This document shows, piece after piece, positions 60,141 through 64,000 of a DNA stretch of 64,000 nt (position 1 is the stretch's first letter; the number at the start of each line of letters is the position of its first letter). A program made the position numbers and the translations under genes. Below the pieces are notes generated by a model that was given only the letters and a program-made list of their open reading frames with translations, was not told the DNA's origin and made no database searches. Source of the DNA: Nitrosopumilaceae archaeon (GTDB lineage: Archaea; Thermoproteota; Nitrososphaeria; Nitrososphaerales; Nitrosopumilaceae); assembly GCA_965209085.1 (NCBI GenBank), contig OZ242376.1:448001-512000 (forward strand), in the 5' to 3' direction.

Positions 60141-61139
60141 ATGGCAAAAACATGGAAGGATGAGCAGATTAGCCTTGATTCGATAAAGGGTGAAAAGATT
60201 GCAGTAATCGGCTATGGAATACAGGGCAGTGCTCAGGCCTCCAACATGAAAGATTCCGGCCTTGATGTCATAGTTGGTTTAAACAAAGATGGCAAATCCT
60301 GGGCAAAAGCTGAGTCAGAGGGGCATACTGTCTTTGAGGTCTCAGAGGCATGTGCCAAAGCTGACATTATTCACGTACTGATACCGGACATGGTTCAGGC
60401 AAAGACGTTCAAAGAAAAGATTGCACCGCATCTCTCAGATGGTAATGCGCTATCATTTTCGCATGCTGCAGCAATACACTGGAGATGGATAGATGCGCCT
60501 GAAAATGTAGATGTGATAATGGTAGCCCCAAAGGGTCCAGGTTCCAAAGTGCGCGAGACATACCTTGATGGATTTGGAACCCCCTCCATAGTGGCAGTAC
60601 AGCAGGATCATACAGGTAAGGCATGGGATAGGACGCTTGGAATTGCAAAGGCAATTGGCAGTGCGCGGGCCGGACTGATAAAGACAACGTTTCAAGAAGA
60701 GGTTGAAACTGACTGGTTTGGAGAGCAAGCTGACCTATGTGGCGGTTCTGCATCAATGGTAATGAATGCGTTTGAAACTTTGGTGGAATCCGGATACCAG
60801 CCAGAGATTGCATACTTTGAGGTACTGCACGAGCTTAAACTGATTGTAGATATGATACAGCGTTACGGCATTGGCGGAATGTACCGCCGTGTAAGTGAGA
60901 CTGCAAGATTTGGCGGATTGACCCGCGGACCAATGGTGATGGATGCTGAATGCAAAAACCGCATGAAAAAAATAATTGAAATGATAAAGGATGGCACGTT
61001 TAACTCTGAATGGACCAGCGAATATGAGAAAAACGGCAAGGATGCATTTGAGCGCCACATGAGGGTGATTGATTCACACCAGATTGAAAAAGTTGGAAAA
61101 GAGATGCGCAAAATGATGTGGCCAGATTCCACAGAATAG
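60141..61139 (+). CDS. ilvC: ketol-acid reductoisomerase
   Basis: IGYGIQG.AQA.N.KDSG, MVAPKGPG, ETDWFGEQ..LCGG, AYFE.LHELKLIVD. Confidence 0.96.
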   Translation: MAKTWKDEQISLDSIKGEKIAVIGYGIQGSAQASNMKDSGLDVIVGLNKDGKSWAKAESEGHTVFEVSEACAKADIIHVLIPDMVQAKTFKEKIAPHLSDGNALSFSHAAAIHWRWIDAPENVDVIMVAPKGPGSKVRETYLDGFGTPSIVAVQQDHTGKAWDRTLGIAKAIGSARAGLIKTTFQEEVETDWFGEQADLCGGSASMVMNAFETLVESGYQPEIAYFEVLHELKLIVDMIQRYGIGGMYRRVSETARFGGLTRGPMVMDAECKNRMKKIIEMIKDGTFNSEWTSEYEKNGKDAFERHMRVIDSHQIEKVGKEMRKMMWPDSTE

Positions 61140-61143
61140 ATGT

Positions 61144-61572
61144 TTATTTTTTAGCTAGTTTTTTAACGCCATTGTTTACATAGTCTATGATATCCATCAG
61201 GGATGTTCCAGGTCCAAATACCTCGCTAATGCCGGCTTTTTTTAATGCTTTTTTATCCTCATCCGGTATTACTCCTCCTCCGACTACAAGGACATTTTTT
61301 ATTCTTTTTTTCTTCATCTCTTTGATAACCCGCGGGAATAATGTACCGTGTGCGCCATTTAACAAACTTAGTGCAATGACGTTGACATCTTCATCTTCGG
61401 CAATTCTAGCTACCCTCTCTGGCGTTGCAAAAAGGCCAGAATACACAACTTCCATGCCCGCATCCCGAAAAGCCTTACATAAGACTAATGCCCCGCGGTC
61501 ATGACCGTCTAATCCAAGCTTTGCCACGAGTATTTTCAGCGGATGTGACTGTGTTTTTTGCTTTGTACCCAT
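61144..61572 (-). CDS. methylmalonyl-CoA mutase, cobalamin-binding small subunit
   Basis: AKLGLDGHDRGA, GGVIP, FGPGT; start ATG 61572. Confidence 0.92.
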   Translation of the reverse strand: MGTKQKTQSHPLKILVAKLGLDGHDRGALVLCKAFRDAGMEVVYSGLFATPERVARIAEDEDVNVIALSLLNGAHGTLFPRVIKEMKKKRIKNVLVVGGGVIPDEDKKALKKAGISEVFGPGTSLMDIIDYVNNGVKKLAKK

Positions 61573-61670
61573 GAATGTATGTGATATGTGCCCATTTATT
61601 TGATTTGTGTTATGTTTTTGAGAACATCCGCATACATTAATTCGTGCCTTGCATACTGTAAAATGAATAT

Positions 61671-61841
61671 TAGACCGTACACAGCAACACGCCAAAGTTC
61701 ATGAGTGTTTGGTCATCCATGTACTATCGAATTGAGATTATTTTAGCGCACGAACTTTTGCGTGTAACTATACATAATTGATTGAATTCACAATTTTTAT
61801 GAATAAAAATGATTGATTTGAATGATTATGTACAAAATCTA
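61671..61841. mobile_element. MITE-like element related to 3111-3190
   Basis: shares AATTCACAATTTTTA.GAATAAAAATGA..GATTTGAA.G.TTATG; ends TAGACCGTAC / TGTACAAAATCTA; left boundary uncertain. Confidence 0.55.
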
Positions 61842-61866
61842 ATGTACTGATCTCTTAAATAATTCT

Positions 61867-62559
61867 TCATTTTTCATCACTATTGTATTTTTTTAGTAAT
61901 TCAATAATAGTTCTTCGATCCCATAGTATTACGTTATTAATTTTTGCTAGCTCTCTTGCAGATAATGTAAAAAATGAATTTGTCACCACTAATCCTTTAT
62001 CTGCATTATAATATTTTATTGCCCCGAAAACTTCTTGAACGGCCTTGTTTGTAACTTTTCTATTTATGGAGTAATTTTTTGCTTGAATGATTATTTTTTC
62101 ATCATTATGATATGTCAAAATATCTCCACCTTGATCTCCTTTTTGACCCGTTATTTGAGTATCTGTATATCCATTAATATCTAATAATTTTTTCATAAAT
62201 ATTTCAAATTCAGCTCCACTAAGCATGTCCACATCATAAATTTTGTATTCGTTAGATGATGTATTATCATCAGATTTTGTTATTGTTGGATTATAATTAG
62301 ATCTTATGAAATTTATTTTGCGAGTTGATATTTCATTATTCACAAAATCCAATAATTTTTTTGAGTCTAGTTGCTTTCCAATCAATTCTTCACCAATAAT
62401 TATTTTTGCGAATTTTTTTTTGTTCTTGTCTATTGAATCAGAAAACTCGTTGAGAAAATGAGGTAAAATATGTGACATTTTCTTTTCACCTGTAAACGTA
62501 TTCCAAAATTTATACACAAAATCATTTTCAATTTCAGGTTGTTTTTTATTAATGGACAT
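61867..62559 (-). CDS. Mrr-like restriction endonuclease domain protein
   Basis: LSGAEFE, GY, GDQGGDI, IIQAKNY, V...AVQEV..A..YY, VVTNSFFT..A.ELA, LWDR. Confidence 0.88.
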   Translation of the reverse strand: MSINKKQPEIENDFVYKFWNTFTGEKKMSHILPHFLNEFSDSIDKNKKKFAKIIIGEELIGKQLDSKKLLDFVNNEISTRKINFIRSNYNPTITKSDDNTSSNEYKIYDVDMLSGAEFEIFMKKLLDINGYTDTQITGQKGDQGGDILTYHNDEKIIIQAKNYSINRKVTNKAVQEVFGAIKYYNADKGLVVTNSFFTLSARELAKINNVILWDRRTIIELLKKYNSDEK

Positions 62560-62562
62560 AAT

Positions 62563-63999
62563 TTAGTTTCCTCTTATAATCTGCATAGTATCTCTTTGAA
62601 CTACAATAATTTTCGAACCTAAAAATTTCTTAATTTTGAAAATCATATATTTTTCATTCATACCAAACTCCCAGTTTTTATGTTTTTTATATTGATCATA
62701 TTTTTGGATCAATTCTTTTATTTGAGGATGATTACGATCACTGGATTTTAAATTGCGGCATGTATTACAATGATCTTTCTTAACACAATTCGAACTATAC
62801 GCACATTTACAGATCTTACATGTTTTTGCATCAAAACCACAATGTAATTTCATACAAATTCCACATGTTTCATAATGTGTTGCACAGAATAGATTATTAC
62901 AAATTCCACATTTTTTAGAATCATCTTCACATGACGGACTCTGACACGCCGTGCATTTTTTGATATCATTATTGCAAAATCTTCTAGAACAAATTCCACA
63001 TGTTTCAGAACAATGATCGCACGAAAACTCTGAACATTGTTGGCAATTTGTAACATGAGTTACGCATGATATTTTATTACAAATTCCACATTTATTAGAA
63101 TCTTCATCACAAATTAAAACATCACATACTGCACATTGATGCAAATCTCGACTACAAAACCGTCTTGAACAAAACCCACATGTTTCAGAACAAAAATAAC
63201 ATGAAAACTTTGAACAATGTTGGCAATTTGTAGCATGAATATTACATGTAATTTCAAAACAAAATTCACATGTTTTTGAACAATTATTACAAAATTCGTC
63301 TTTACATATATAGCATGAATTTAATTCTGAAGCACAATTTAAACAAAACTCATTATTGCAATTCAAACAATTTTTTATACAATTATCACACGTCGCATGT
63401 AAATTTTCACAAAGATGAATTGTTTCATTTTTACTTTGACAAATATCACAATATGTCACAAAGCTTGAAGAAGGATCTATGTACTGTGCTTTTAGACTAG
63501 TATTTTTATCTCCTTTTTGAATTGATAAAACGCAATCTAAAACACTGTATGAATATACCTGTGCAGCTAACAATGAGAAAGTTAGACTTGGCTTATATTT
63601 TTGAATAATATGTCTCAGTGCTGTTTGCTTATCGTTTCCAATTTTTTCAATATGTTTGACTGTTTCTTTTTCCATTTTTTTTATTTTATTTTTAAAATTT
63701 TCTTTTTTTTCAAAATATTTATGTGCAACATTAGCACTTTTAGCACGTAACATCCTTCGGTCAAATTCCTTAAGCTTATTTTCTTCATTTTTTAATTCAT
63801 CTTTAATTTCTTTTAATCGTTTTTGATCTTGAATATTTAACAATCCTATTTCATCATCTTTGTTTTGCTGTGTTAATCCCACATATTTTTCAACTTGAGG
63901 CATCATGTCACTTTCAAACTCTTTTATAGCTCTAGTATATGCATCACCAAATTTTTTATCACGTAAATTTAATTTTAGATTTTTTGTATTAAAATTCAA
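62563..63999 (-). CDS. coiled-coil + Cys-rich multi-zinc-finger protein (5' end outside the window)
   Basis: frame open to the window edge; more than 15 CxxC units at about 15-aa spacing. Confidence 0.8.
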   Translation of the reverse strand: MNFNTKNLKLNLRDKKFGDAYTRAIKEFESDMMPQVEKYVGLTQQNKDDEIGLLNIQDQKRLKEIKDELKNEENKLKEFDRRMLRAKSANVAHKYFEKKENFKNKIKKMEKETVKHIEKIGNDKQTALRHIIQKYKPSLTFSLLAAQVYSYSVLDCVLSIQKGDKNTSLKAQYIDPSSSFVTYCDICQSKNETIHLCENLHATCDNCIKNCLNCNNEFCLNCASELNSCYICKDEFCNNCSKTCEFCFEITCNIHATNCQHCSKFSCYFCSETCGFCSRRFCSRDLHQCAVCDVLICDEDSNKCGICNKISCVTHVTNCQQCSEFSCDHCSETCGICSRRFCNNDIKKCTACQSPSCEDDSKKCGICNNLFCATHYETCGICMKLHCGFDAKTCKICKCAYSSNCVKKDHCNTCRNLKSSDRNHPQIKELIQKYDQYKKHKNWEFGMNEKYMIFKIKKFLGSKIIVVQRDTMQIIRGN

Positions 64000-64000
64000 T

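Noticed and set aside
1-64000. tRNA or rRNA genes
   Set aside because: No cloverleaf with a T-loop motif and no rRNA signature was recognised in intergenic gaps by eye; tRNAscan-SE would be decisive

Overview
Chromosomal segment of an ammonia-oxidising archaeon (Nitrososphaerota, Nitrosopumilaceae-like; inferred from the archaeal gene set and order, and possibly host-associated given the LivK-type binding-protein expansion and IS load). The core backbone carries trxB, ilvBN-leuA-leuB, aspS, a PIN-ATPase, a DtxR regulator, endA, lig, fbp, tuf-rps10-rpoP, ubiX, tatAC, purSQLF, birA, cysS, two ahcY paralogues, metG, ilvC and the methylmalonyl-CoA mutase B12 subunit. It is interrupted by three AT-rich accessory islands. 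Island 1 (~21.8-30.7 kb) holds two IS3 remnants, two IS5-type remnants and one IS110/IS1111 element around an AbrB + MT-A70 methyltransferase + putative endonuclease module. The IS110 element sits inside the terminal inverted repeat of one IS5-type element, and its 3' non-coding end contains a readable bridge-RNA-like structure whose two loops match its target and its donor junction. Island 2 (~48.0-50.6 kb) is a two-gene cassette of unknown function preceded by a 36-bp-period repeat/spacer mini-array and followed by one more unit. Island 3 (>61.8 kb) has an Mrr-like nuclease and a truncated Cys-rich multi-zinc-finger protein. Other oddities: a UDG-AAG glycosylase fusion, an AhcY paralogue with His->Gln at a catalytic position, a malonyl-CoA-reductase-like SDR and an uncalled 40-aa zinc-ribbon ORF. 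No rRNA, tRNA or canonical CRISPR array was recognised. All calls are by eye; no database searches were run.
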